From NCBI GenBank assembly GCA_963848295.1, contig CAWKDB010000010.1, positions 3,296,001 through 3,360,000 of the forward strand: DNA of 64,000 nt, written 5' to 3'. Origin of the DNA: an uncultured delta proteobacterium. Its GTDB lineage: Bacteria > Myxococcota_A > Polyangia > Haliangiales > Haliangiaceae. Both the position numbers and the translations under genes were made by a program. Under the pieces are notes generated by a model. The model had not been told where the DNA came from, did not search any database, and was given only the letters and a program-made list of their open reading frames with translations. Of this stretch, positions 51,817 to 61,274 are shown piece by piece (position 1 is the first letter of the stretch; each line of letters starts with the position of its first letter).

Positions 51817-52415
51817 CCGAGACCTCGCAACTGAAGCTGTGGAAGTCCGACTTCGGGCGGTCGTACACCGATCGCAACGACTACGAAAAGCCCGAGCGCG
51901 TCACCAGCTGGGAGCGCGTGCTCGAAGGCATCGCGCCGAAGCGCGTCCTCGAGGTCGGGTGCAACGTCGGCTGGAACCTCGTGTATCTCACGCGCGTCGG
52001 TGTGCCCGAGCTCTACGGCGTCGAGCCGCAACGCTATGCAGTCGAGCGCGCGCGGCAGCGTTGCCCCGATTTCGGCGTGCTGCAAGGCACCGCGTTCGAC
52101 CTGCCGTTTCGCGATGGCTTCTTCGACATGGTGTTCACGAGCGGCGTGATGATTCACATCGGACCGCAAGAGCTGCCGCTCGCGCTCGACGAGATCTATC
52201 GCTGCTCGCGCCGGTGGATCGTCGCGATCGAATACGACCACGCGACCGAGCAAGAGGTCGAATACCGCGGTCACGCCGGCGCGCTGTGGAAGCGCGATCA
52301 CGGCAAGGTCTGGCAGGCGCGCTATCCGAGCCTGCGCGAGATCCGCACGATCAAGCTCGGCACCGCCGACGGCTACGACGACTGCACCGCCCACGTATTC
52401 GAGAAGCGCGCATGA
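51813..52415 (+). CDS. Pseudaminic acid biosynthesis-associated methyltransferase
   Basis: WKSDFGRSYTDRN, LEVGCNVGWNL, FTSGVMIHI, YRGH...LWKRD. Confidence 0.85.
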   Translation: MTETSQLKLWKSDFGRSYTDRNDYEKPERVTSWERVLEGIAPKRVLEVGCNVGWNLVYLTRVGVPELYGVEPQRYAVERARQRCPDFGVLQGTAFDLPFRDGFFDMVFTSGVMIHIGPQELPLALDEIYRCSRRWIVAIEYDHATEQEVEYRGHAGALWKRDHGKVWQARYPSLREIRTIKLGTADGYDDCTAHVFEKRA

Positions 52416-53143
52416 AGACCGTCGCGATCGTCCAAGCGCGCATGAGCTCGAGCCGGCTCCACGGCAAGGTGCTCGCCGATCTGTGCGGCGACACGATGCT
52501 CGGGCGAGTCGTCACGCGGCTGCGCGCTGCCAAGACGATCGATCGCATCATCGTCGCGACCTCGACCGAGCCGACCGACGACCCGATCGTGATCGAGGCC
52601 GGCAAGCTCGGCTGCGGCGTACATCGCGGGTCGATCGACGACGTGCTCGCTCGCTACGTCGGCGCCGCTCGGCGATTTCGCGCCGATGCCTATGTTCGGA
52701 TCACGTCGGACTGCCCGCTCATCGATCCCGGGGTCGTCGACGCGGTGGTCGCGGCGCTACCCGGCTACGACTACGCGTCGAACACTCACACGCGCACGTA
52801 TCCGCGCGGGCTCGACGTCGAAGCGTTCTACGCCGACACGCTCGAGCGGATCGGTCGACTCGCCACCTCGTCCGCCGCGCGCGAGCACGTCACGGCGTTC
52901 GCGATGGAGCGGCCCGCGCTGTTCAAGATCAACCAAGTCTGCGCCGATGCCGACGACTCCGACCTGCGATGGACGGTCGACACCGCCGATGACCTCGCGT
53001 TGATCCGCACGCTCTACGCGCGCTTCGATCTGGGTCAAACGATCCGGCCGTACTACGAAGTCGTGGCCGCGGTGCGGGCCGAACCGGAGCTCGCGACCGC
53101 GAACGCGCATGTCGCGCAGAAAGCGTGGCAGCATGTCGCTTGA
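52412..53143 (+). CDS. pseF: SpsF/PseF-type cytidylyltransferase
   Basis: IVQARMSSSRLHGKV, RITSDCP, REHVT, RWTVDT. Confidence 0.8.
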   Translation: MKTVAIVQARMSSSRLHGKVLADLCGDTMLGRVVTRLRAAKTIDRIIVATSTEPTDDPIVIEAGKLGCGVHRGSIDDVLARYVGAARRFRADAYVRITSDCPLIDPGVVDAVVAALPGYDYASNTHTRTYPRGLDVEAFYADTLERIGRLATSSAAREHVTAFAMERPALFKINQVCADADDSDLRWTVDTADDLALIRTLYARFDLGQTIRPYYEVVAAVRAEPELATANAHVAQKAWQHVA

Positions 53144-55049
53144 GCTGCTCGCGCGCTGGCGCCCGCTGCTCGCGGAGGTCGGCGACCTCGGTGAGGCGTT
53201 GCGCGCGGCGATCGTCCGTGGTGATGTCGTGACTGCGATCGCGGCGAATGTGGCGTTGCGCCGCGCGCGGTCCGCGCTGTCGCGGGTGGAGGCGCCGGCG
53301 AACGTCACCGGCGAGTACGCCGAGCTCGTCGCGATGCGCGATGTCGCCGAGCTGACGCTGCGCGCTCAGACCGCCGACGCGGTGATGGCGAAGTGGCTCG
53401 CCCGCCAGCTCCCCGGCGATAGGGCGTTGCTCGGCTCGGCGCTCGGCGTCGCCGTGCTCGCCGACGCGATGCTGCCGCCGGTGTGGGACTACGACAAGGA
53501 TCTCGTCGTCCTCGTCGGCACCGGACTCGAGCCGGTCGCGACCGTGCTCGCCGACCTCGGCCAGCGCCGGATCATCGTTCACGACGGCAACGACGCCACG
53601 CGCGGCATCGTCACGAAGACGAGCGACGAGCTCGTCGCCGCGATCCGCACGATGACGCCGGTCGCGCCCGACCAATTCGTCGTCCGCGGTGCCGTCGCGC
53701 TCGCGCGCGCTCAGGTCGAAAGGATCGCGGACGCGACCACCTCGGCGATCAGCGACCTACGTATTCATCGCAACACCGTCCACGCGTTCTCGAAGACCTG
53801 GCTCGAGCAGGGCGCGGCGAATCTGCCGGCGCTCGCCCAGTGGCCCTCGATCGCCGCGATCGGCGATCGGTTCGCCGGCAAGCCGATGGTGATCGTCGCA
53901 CCCGGCCCGTCGCTCGCGAACAACGTCGCGCAGCTCGGCGCGCTCAAAGGCAAGGCGATCATCACCGCGTTCTCGCACTCGCTGCGGCCGCTGATCGCGG
54001 CCGGCATCGAGCCCGATCTCGTCATCACGGTCGATCCGCAGGACGTCCAGTATCACTTCGCCGGCATCGACGTGTCGCGGATGTGCCTGGTCAACGCCGC
54101 GACCGTTCATCCGTCGCTGTTCGAGCTCCCGGCGGCGCGGTTCCTGACGCTGTCCGCGAACTCGGCGATCGACGATTGGATCTTCACCGGGGTCGGCGAA
54201 GACGCGATCGCTCCCGGCGGCGGCTCGGTCGCGACCACCGCGTTCTCGCTCGCGTTGCGCTGGAAGTGCGATCCGATCGTGTTCGTCGGTCTGGACCTGT
54301 CGTTTCCGGGCGGCAACTACTACGTCGCGACATCACACGACGGAGGAGCGCACGCGGTCGTCGACGATCGCGGGCTCGTCCGGGTCGAAGGTTGGAGCCC
54401 TGGGTTTCGCGCGATGAAGGCCGGCGGTGGCCCGCAGGCGACGCGCGAGCGCGCGATCGAGCTCCCGGCATGGAACGGCGGCACGGTGCCGTCGAGCTTC
54501 ATGTTCAGCATGTTCCATCGCTGGTTCGTCGAGCGGATGCGCTCGGTCACCGGCACTCGCGTGTTCAACTGCACCGAGGGCGGCGCGTTCATCGAGGGCA
54601 TGGATCATCGCGCGCTCGCCGACGTCGTGCCCGAGCTGGTTGCCGGTGTCGATGCTGCCTCGTTGCTCGACGACGCGATCGCGAACGTGCCAGCGCGGCG
54701 TCGCGGTCAGTTGCTCAATCACATCGCGGGTTACGTGCGCGGGTTGCGTCGGGTCGGGCGCCTCGCGCGGCGCGCGCGCGTGATGGTCAAGGAGCCGGAG
54801 CGCTTGGGCGCGGTCGAACGCGAGCTCGGCGCAGCGTTGAAGCCGTTGACGTTCGCATCGCTGCTCGCCCAACGGGAGATCGAGCTCGCCCACGATGTCG
54901 CGCGGCGCGAAGGCAGTGACTACCTCGCCGCATCGGCGAAGTTGTTCGAGACGCTCGTGCGCGTCGTCGACGATCTCCAGCTGGTGCTCGCGAGCGCGCT
55001 CGCCCGCACGCGGCCGAACAGGAAGGTGGGGCATGACCGCGCCGCGTAA
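53133..55049 (+). CDS. maf: Motility-associated factor (Maf/DUF115) flagellin glycosyltransferase
   Basis: IVAPGPSL, GIEPDLVITVDP, GGSVA, IVFVGLDL, NCTEGGAFIEG. Confidence 0.85.
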   Translation: MSLELLARWRPLLAEVGDLGEALRAAIVRGDVVTAIAANVALRRARSALSRVEAPANVTGEYAELVAMRDVAELTLRAQTADAVMAKWLARQLPGDRALLGSALGVAVLADAMLPPVWDYDKDLVVLVGTGLEPVATVLADLGQRRIIVHDGNDATRGIVTKTSDELVAAIRTMTPVAPDQFVVRGAVALARAQVERIADATTSAISDLRIHRNTVHAFSKTWLEQGAANLPALAQWPSIAAIGDRFAGKPMVIVAPGPSLANNVAQLGALKGKAIITAFSHSLRPLIAAGIEPDLVITVDPQDVQYHFAGIDVSRMCLVNAATVHPSLFELPAARFLTLSANSAIDDWIFTGVGEDAIAPGGGSVATTAFSLALRWKCDPIVFVGLDLSFPGGNYYVATSHDGGAHAVVDDRGLVRVEGWSPGFRAMKAGGGPQATRERAIELPAWNGGTVPSSFMFSMFHRWFVERMRSVTGTRVFNCTEGGAFIEGMDHRALADVVPELVAGVDAASLLDDAIANVPARRRGQLLNHIAGYVRGLRRVGRLARRARVMVKEPERLGAVERELGAALKPLTFASLLAQREIELAHDVARREGSDYLAASAKLFETLVRVVDDLQLVLASALARTRPNRKVGHDRAA

Positions 55050-56025
55050 GCGACCGCCGCCGCGCCTCGTCGCGATCGCCGGCGGCAAGGGCGGTGTCGG
55101 CAAGAGCACGGTCGCCGCGAACCTCGCGCTGATGATCGGCCGGCTCGGCATGCGGGTCGCGCTCGTCGATGCTGACCTCGGCGCTGCGAACCTCCACACG
55201 ATGCTCGGCATGCTGCGCCCCGAATCCGGCCTGGCCGACTTTCTCGACCGCCGGATCGATACGCTCGACGAAGCGCGGCTGACGATGGACGTGCCGACGG
55301 TGAGCCTGATCCCCGGCACGTCTCGGCCGGGTGCGGCGAACATGACGCAGCAACAGAAGCTCCGTCTGTTGCGCGCGATCGCGCGGCTCGACGCCGACTG
55401 CGTGATCGTCGATGTCGGCGCCGGCACGTCGTACAACGTCGTCGATTTCGTCGCGGCGGCGGACCTCAAGTTGTTCGTCGTGACCGCGCAGCTACCGTCG
55501 CTGCACAACGCCTACGCGCTGCTCAAGGCGTGCGTCCATCGCGTCGTGCGCAAGATGGCGGACGGCGAGACCGAGCAGACGCTGATCGACTCGGCGCTCG
55601 GCAACGAGGGCAAGGCGCGGACGATTCCCCAGCTGCTCGGCGTGTTGCGCCAGTTCGATGCGAACCTCGCGGACCGGATCGTCGACGTGTTGCTGCGCTT
55701 CGGCGTCGGGCTCATCGGCAACCAGGTCAGTGACGCGGATGGCCCGGTGCTGGGCCGGATGACGACGATGATCTACGACCACCTGCTGATCCAGGCGCCG
55801 GTGATGGCGACGGTCGCGCGCTCGAGCGCGCTCGCCGGCGGGCTGAAGGCCGGTGCCGGTGTTCGCGCGAAGTCCACCGACGATGCGTTCGCGATGTTTC
55901 GCCAGCTCGCGAACACCGTGATCGAGGCCGACCTCGATCGGTTGCGCGGCACGCAGCGCGCGATGAACCGCACGATGCCGCTGTGGATGATCCGCGACGA
56001 GCTCGCCGCGGCCGGTCGCGGGTAA
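55033..56025 (+). CDS. flhG: FlhG/FleN MinD-like ATPase
   Basis: GGKGGVGKS, DADLGAANLH, DVGAG, NAYALLK. Confidence 0.82.
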   Translation: MTAPRKRPPPRLVAIAGGKGGVGKSTVAANLALMIGRLGMRVALVDADLGAANLHTMLGMLRPESGLADFLDRRIDTLDEARLTMDVPTVSLIPGTSRPGAANMTQQQKLRLLRAIARLDADCVIVDVGAGTSYNVVDFVAAADLKLFVVTAQLPSLHNAYALLKACVHRVVRKMADGETEQTLIDSALGNEGKARTIPQLLGVLRQFDANLADRIVDVLLRFGVGLIGNQVSDADGPVLGRMTTMIYDHLLIQAPVMATVARSSALAGGLKAGAGVRAKSTDDAFAMFRQLANTVIEADLDRLRGTQRAMNRTMPLWMIRDELAAAGRG

Positions 56026-56027
56026 GC

Positions 56028-56729
56028 CTATTCGGCGTCCCACGGGTTCGTGGCGGTCGGCTTCGCGAGCTTCGCGATCGAAGCGTGCGTGATGCCTTTG
56101 AGCGGCGCGGTCTTGCCGTCGGCGAACGTCAGCGTGATGTCGAGATCGACCCCGGCTTCGAGCAGATCGGGCGAGTAGTTGTCGACGCAACCGAGCCGGC
56201 CGATCTGGATCTGGCCGTCGACGACCGGAACGTCGAGCTCGGTCCATGCCGCCTTGTCATCTCGCCGGAGCTTGACGTGGGCGGAGACCGCGGGCACGTC
56301 GACCTTGATCGCGAGGCCGTCGAACACTTCGTTCACGGTCGAGTGCGGGATCTTCGAGTGGTAGCGGTTGGTCGTGGCATGGGCGTCGTGGCTGAGGTTC
56401 GTAGCGGCGACCGTATAGTCGTGCTTCGCGCCGAGCCACGTCAGCTCGAGCGCGCCGGTGCGGTCGCTGTCGATATCGATGACCGCGAACCGATACGGCG
56501 CCGAGCTCGCCCGGGTGAGCTCGACCTTGACGGGAGTGCCGTCGATCGTCGCGGTCGGCGCCGGCTCCATCTTGCGCCATGCCTGCGTCGTGAACGCGAC
56601 GATCCGCGCGTGCGGTGGAATCGTCGCGCCCGGCTTCGGGACCAAGCCGCTGCCCGCGTTGCACGCGCTGTACGCGTGCGCGGTGTGCGCGCTGGCCACG
56701 GCGATCGCGAGGGCGAGCAGGAGCTTCAT
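56028..56729 (-). CDS. Secreted hypothetical protein
   Basis: Signal peptide MKLLLALAIAVASAHTAHA. Confidence 0.7.
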   Translation of the reverse strand: MKLLLALAIAVASAHTAHAYSACNAGSGLVPKPGATIPPHARIVAFTTQAWRKMEPAPTATIDGTPVKVELTRASSAPYRFAVIDIDSDRTGALELTWLGAKHDYTVAATNLSHDAHATTNRYHSKIPHSTVNEVFDGLAIKVDVPAVSAHVKLRRDDKAAWTELDVPVVDGQIQIGRLGCVDNYSPDLLEAGVDLDITLTFADGKTAPLKGITHASIAKLAKPTATNPWDAE

Positions 56730-56775
56730 GCGCGCAGTCTACCGCCTCGCCAGCACGAGGCGAGTGCCCCGCTGG

Positions 56776-57318
56776 CTACCGGCCGGCTTGCCGAGCGATC
56801 GCGACTTGGAACAGCGCCTCGCCGATCGTGAGGTACAGCTCGCCGCCGGTGACCGCGAGATCCCAGCGGTTGACACGATCGAGCTTGGCCGCGACGCTGT
56901 CGAGCCAGGCCTCGGGCAGCGCGACGAGCTCGATGCGCTCGGGCTTGAACACGCCGCGCTCCGCGATCGCTTCGAGGATGCCGGCCGGATCTTTCCAGGT
57001 GTAGACGACGACTCGCGGCGCGGCCTTCGTCGCCTTGTGCAGGCGATCCGCGGTCGGAGCACCGATCTCGATCCACGCGACGAGATCGCCGCGCAGGTCG
57101 CGCTGGACGAGCGCCGGCTCTTCGTCGTCCGACACGCCACCCTTGCTGAACTCGAGGCCCTCGCCGTGCTCGAGAGCGCGCGCGATCACGCGGGCGACGA
57201 GATAGCGCTCGCTCTCCGACGGATGCTGCGCCACCCGCAGATCGAGTGATTCGTAGCGATCGCGGTCGGCGTCGGCGAGCGAGATCTCGAAGCGACGCAT
57301 CGTCGCCGACAGAGCCAT
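56776..57318 (-). CDS. yaeQ: YaeQ-family protein
   Basis: MALSAT, AQHPSE, FSKG, EPAL, WIEIG.P..DRLHKA. Confidence 0.9.
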   Translation of the reverse strand: MALSATMRRFEISLADADRDRYESLDLRVAQHPSESERYLVARVIARALEHGEGLEFSKGGVSDDEEPALVQRDLRGDLVAWIEIGAPTADRLHKATKAAPRVVVYTWKDPAGILEAIAERGVFKPERIELVALPEAWLDSVAAKLDRVNRWDLAVTGGELYLTIGEALFQVAIARQAGR

Positions 57319-57327
57319 CGCGCGACG

Positions 57328-58347
57328 TTACACCAGCAGGGCTTGCTCGACCACGCGATGGGCCCCGTCGCTGTCGGCGGTCGCGAGCGCGCGGTGGCGC
57401 TGTTCGGCGCGGCCGTGATCGTCTTCGAGGAAGGCTTCGAAGTCGGCGCGCAGCGTGTCGTCATCGACCTCGCACCACTCGCGGCCACCGGAGATCATGC
57501 CTTCTTTGAGCTGCTGGCGCGCCGGCGCGACTTGATCCGCGGCGATCGCGTAGGCGAGCGCGGGGCAGCCGAGATAGGCGAGCTCGCCGAGCGTGCCACC
57601 GGCCGACGTGATCGCGGCATCGGCGCTGACGAATAGCTCGCCCGGATCGGCGGGCGACCGGCGAATGTCGACGGTGTGACCGGCTTGGACCGCGATCTCC
57701 GCCGCGTCGCGCAGCGCCTCGTCGCCGCGAAAGCCCGGGCCGGCGATCACGACGAGCTCGAGCGCGCGCCCGGCGGGCAGGGTGAGCAGCGTGCGCACCG
57801 TCGCCCCGACCGGGTCGCTGCCGCCGAACGTGACGATCACCCGCAACCGCTCCGCCGACATCGGCCGGCACGAGCCGCGCGTGTAGCGCCGGATGCACTT
57901 GCCCAACATCAAGTAGCGCCGGCCGAGCAAGCGCTGCCGGGCGAGGTAGGTCGATGACAGCGACGGCGCATGAAAGTTGTGGTTGACGATCGCGGAAACC
58001 GGAAGCCGGCAGCCGCCGTTGTCATCGATCACGACGGTGCGCATGCGGTGCTCGATCAGCTTCGGCGCGATGGTCTCGGCGAGATGCGGGCCATCGATCG
58101 CGACCGCGACCGCGTGCTCTTCCACGGCGATTTGCCAGATCTGGGTCGGCGTCCACTCAGCGACTCGCGCTTCGATCTTGCGATCGCGCGTCCACGCGAT
58201 GACCGCCTCGTGATCGCCGCCGAACAAGGCGATCGGCTCGGCGCCGGCGGCGGACACCTCCTCGATCAGCGCGCAGATCCGTGCGACGTGCCCGAACCCG
58301 ATCTCGTGCGAGGCATCGGCGCGGAACACGACGCGCGGCGCGGTCAT
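57328..58347 (-). CDS. pseG: PseG-like UDP-sugar hydrolase
   Basis: FRADAS.EIG.GH..R, TFGGSDP, AGGT..E. Confidence 0.82.
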   Translation of the reverse strand: MTAPRVVFRADASHEIGFGHVARICALIEEVSAAGAEPIALFGGDHEAVIAWTRDRKIEARVAEWTPTQIWQIAVEEHAVAVAIDGPHLAETIAPKLIEHRMRTVVIDDNGGCRLPVSAIVNHNFHAPSLSSTYLARQRLLGRRYLMLGKCIRRYTRGSCRPMSAERLRVIVTFGGSDPVGATVRTLLTLPAGRALELVVIAGPGFRGDEALRDAAEIAVQAGHTVDIRRSPADPGELFVSADAAITSAGGTLGELAYLGCPALAYAIAADQVAPARQQLKEGMISGGREWCEVDDDTLRADFEAFLEDDHGRAEQRHRALATADSDGAHRVVEQALLV

Positions 58348-59357
58348 GCGACCCGTTCGAGCATCTGGCGCGTCTCTTCGAGCCCGAGCCGAGGCTCCGC
58401 GATGTCACTCGAGTAGACGAAGTCTTCCGGAACCGGCGTACCGGGGCGGATCCCGGTGAGCGTGCGATGGAACTGGAACTCGGGCCAGATCACCATGACC
58501 TCGCCGAGGTCGCTCGTCCGCCGCGCTTCTTCGACCGAGATCAGGGTCTCGTGCAGCTTCTCGCCGGGTCGGATCCCGACGGTGGTGCGCGGGACGCCGG
58601 GGGCGAGTGCTTCGGCGAGCGTCTCGATGTCGCTCGCGGCGAGCTTCGGAATGAAGATCTCGCCGCCGGCCATCAGCTGGAGGCCGCGCAGCACGAGCGC
58701 GACCGCATCCGACATCTCGATCCAGAATCGCGTCATGCGCGAGTCGGTGATCGTCAGCGCCCCGCGTTGCTTCTGCGCGCGAAACAACGGGATCACGCTG
58801 CCTGCTGAGCCCATCACGTTGCCGTAGCGGACGCAGGAGAACCGGGTCGCGCGATCGCCGGAGTAAGCGTTCGCGGCGATCAGCAGCTTCTCCATGCACA
58901 GCTTCGTCGCGCCGTAGAGGTTCGCCGGCGAGACCGCCTTGTCGGTCGACAGCGCGATCACGCGTTCGACGCCGCACGACATCGCGGCTTCGATCAAGTT
59001 GCGCGCGCCGTTGACGTTGGTCTGCACGGCCTCGATCGGGTTGTACTCGCAGATCGGGACGTGCTTCATCGCCGCGGCGTGGACGACGATATCGACGTCG
59101 CGCAGCGCGGTCTGCAGGCGATCGCGGTCGCGAATATCGCCGACGAAGAACCGCAGCCGGCGGTCACTGATCTGGCGCTCCATCATGTAGTGCTTCTGCT
59201 CGTCGCGCGAGAACACGATGACCTTGCGCGCGCGGCTGTTCAGCGCCGTCTCGACGAACGCCTTGCCGAACGAGCCCGTGCCGCCGGTGACCAACACCGA
59301 ACGATCGTCGAGCACGGCGGGCGAGGCAGAGGCGGCGAGGCTGCTGGGCATCTTCAT
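58344..59357 (-). CDS. pseB: UDP-GlcNAc 4,6-dehydratase (inverting)
   Basis: TGGTGSFG, SRDEQK, HAAAMKHVP..EYNP, STDKA, NLYGATK, RYGNV.GS.GSV. Confidence 0.92.
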   Translation of the reverse strand: MKMPSSLAASASPAVLDDRSVLVTGGTGSFGKAFVETALNSRARKVIVFSRDEQKHYMMERQISDRRLRFFVGDIRDRDRLQTALRDVDIVVHAAAMKHVPICEYNPIEAVQTNVNGARNLIEAAMSCGVERVIALSTDKAVSPANLYGATKLCMEKLLIAANAYSGDRATRFSCVRYGNVMGSAGSVIPLFRAQKQRGALTITDSRMTRFWIEMSDAVALVLRGLQLMAGGEIFIPKLAASDIETLAEALAPGVPRTTVGIRPGEKLHETLISVEEARRTSDLGEVMVIWPEFQFHRTLTGIRPGTPVPEDFVYSSDIAEPRLGLEETRQMLERVA

Positions 59358-60514
59358 GGCTGATCTCCGAGAACGCGGTGGAGCTCGGCGACGACGTGGA
59401 CGACATCCTCGTCGGTCATCGCGGGAAACATCGGCAGGCTGAGCGTGCGGGCGTAGTAGCGAGCGGCGCCCGGGCGCTGACGAGCGAGCTCGCCCGGGCA
59501 ACGCGCGCGATGCAGCGGATGGTCGTAGAGCGGCACGTAGTGGACCTGCGTGCCGATCCCAGCCGCCGACAGCGCGGTCATGACGTGCGCCCGCGTCGTG
59601 GCGAACCGCTCGAAGTCGATCGCGACCGCGAACAGGTGATACGCCGAGCTGCGGTCGGCGAATTCGGCCGGCGGCGAGACCGCATCGCCGAACGTCGCGG
59701 CGAGCGCGCTGCGATACGCACCGGCGAGCTCGTGGCGGCGCGCGACGAACCGATCGAGCTTCGCGAGCTGCGAGATGCCGAGCGCGCATTGCAGATCGGA
59801 CAGCCGATAGTTCCAGCCGAGCTCGGCGACCTCGTAGACCCACGGGCCGGCGGGCGGCGCCGACATCTCCGCCGGATCGCGCTCGATGCCGTGTTGCCGC
59901 AGCCGGTCGACCCGGCGCTTGATCGCGGCGTCGCGCACGATCACGGCTCCGCCTTCGGCGGTCGTGATGTGCTTGACCGGGTGGAAGCTGAACACCACGG
60001 CGTCGGACGCGCCGCTCCCGATCGGCCGGCCGTGATACTCGGCGCCGAGCGCGTGGCATGCGTCTTCGATCAAGCGGAGGCCGCGGCGGTGCGCGAGCGC
60101 GACGAGCTTGTCGAGGTCGGCCGGCTGGCCGCCGAGGTGCACGGCGGTGATCGCGCGGGTGCGAGGTCCGATCAGCGCCTCGACCGAGGCGACGTCGACG
60201 TTGCCGGTGATCGGATCGACGTCGGCGATCCGGACCGTCGCGCCGACGTAGTACGCCGCCGCGGCGGTCGCGGAGAACGTGAGCGGCGTCGTGATGATCT
60301 CGTCGCCGGCGCCGATGCCGAGCGCGGCGTAAGCGAGGTGGAGCGCGGCGGTCCCGCTCGAGCAGGCGCTCGCGAACGGAGCACCGACGCGCGCGGCGAG
60401 CGCCGCTTCGAACCGCGCGACCAGCGGGCCGCAGGTCAGGAACGGGCTGCGCAACGCGTCGACGACCGCGGCGATATCGGCCTCGTCGATGAGCTGGCGG
60501 CCGTAGGGGAGCAT
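59354..60514 (-). CDS. pseC: PLP aminotransferase PseC
   Basis: LPYGRQ, GTAALH, EDACHALG, FSFHPVKHITT.EGG. Confidence 0.9.
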   Translation of the reverse strand: MLPYGRQLIDEADIAAVVDALRSPFLTCGPLVARFEAALAARVGAPFASACSSGTAALHLAYAALGIGAGDEIITTPLTFSATAAAAYYVGATVRIADVDPITGNVDVASVEALIGPRTRAITAVHLGGQPADLDKLVALAHRRGLRLIEDACHALGAEYHGRPIGSGASDAVVFSFHPVKHITTAEGGAVIVRDAAIKRRVDRLRQHGIERDPAEMSAPPAGPWVYEVAELGWNYRLSDLQCALGISQLAKLDRFVARRHELAGAYRSALAATFGDAVSPPAEFADRSSAYHLFAVAIDFERFATTRAHVMTALSAAGIGTQVHYVPLYDHPLHRARCPGELARQRPGAARYYARTLSLPMFPAMTDEDVVHVVAELHRVLGDQP

Positions 60515-60616
60515 GCGAGCCGAGGAATTGCGAGGCTCGGGCCAGCGCGGCGTCCATAGATCCACGGAGTTGCGGATCTGCGTCGATGTAGGCCGTCGCC
60601 AAGCCTGACGGCGGCG

Positions 60617-60892
60617 CTAGCGGACGCGGCTGGCGTAGGCGCGCAAGCCGCGTACGCCGATCTGCTGGCGGGCGAGCTGCTGGCGAGCGGCCGAGAGCGC
60701 GGCCTGCCAGGCGTCTTGTCGCTGTTCGAGCTCGCCGAGCTTGAGCGCGTCGGGTGTTGTCCGCTGCACGGTCGCGAGCGCGGTCGCGCGGGCGGCCGCG
60801 ACCTCCGCGGCAGCTGCGAGCAGCGCCGTCACGTCGCCGGTGGCCGGCGGGTAGGGAGTCGCGGCCAGCAACCGATCGATCGCGTCGGTCAT
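60617..60892 (-). CDS. Small helical protein, possibly FliT-like
   Basis: Translationally coupled downstream of fliS. The call rests on position and size only. Confidence 0.5.
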   Translation of the reverse strand: MTDAIDRLLAATPYPPATGDVTALLAAAAEVAAARATALATVQRTTPDALKLGELEQRQDAWQAALSAARQQLARQQIGVRGLRAYASRVR

Positions 60893-61263
60893 CGCACCAT
60901 CTCGTGCGCACGGCGAAAGCCATCGCCGAGCGTGCCCATCACGCGCTCGCAATGGGCGAGCGGTTTGACGTCGAGCTTCGAGTTCGCGCGCGCGAGCTGG
61001 TCGATCACGAACCGATACAGCGCGTCCAGGTTCGCGCACAGCTCGGGCGCGGCACGGTGATCGAGCGCCGAGCGTAGTTGCACGACGATCTGCGTGGCAT
61101 GGTCGAGGGCTCGGGCCTTGCTGCCGATGTCGCGGGCCTCGATCGCTCGGCGCGCGTCGGTCAGATCTCGCGCGAAGCGCTCGAACAGGCGCTCGACGAT
61201 CTGAGTCTTCGGCGCCGACTCGAGATCGACGGTCTTGTACAGGCGTGCGGCTCGGTTGCTCAT
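60889..61263 (-). CDS. fliS: Flagellin chaperone FliS
   Basis: AARLYK, LRSALD, NLDALY, LARAN. Confidence 0.88.
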   Translation of the reverse strand: MSNRAARLYKTVDLESAPKTQIVERLFERFARDLTDARRAIEARDIGSKARALDHATQIVVQLRSALDHRAAPELCANLDALYRFVIDQLARANSKLDVKPLAHCERVMGTLGDGFRRAHEMVR

Positions 61264-61274
61264 GGCGGATCCGA

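Noticed and set aside
59358..60923. 859-aa PseB with a long N-terminal extension
   Set aside because: The extension is a shadow frame over pseC. The real start at 59357 overlaps the pseC stop.
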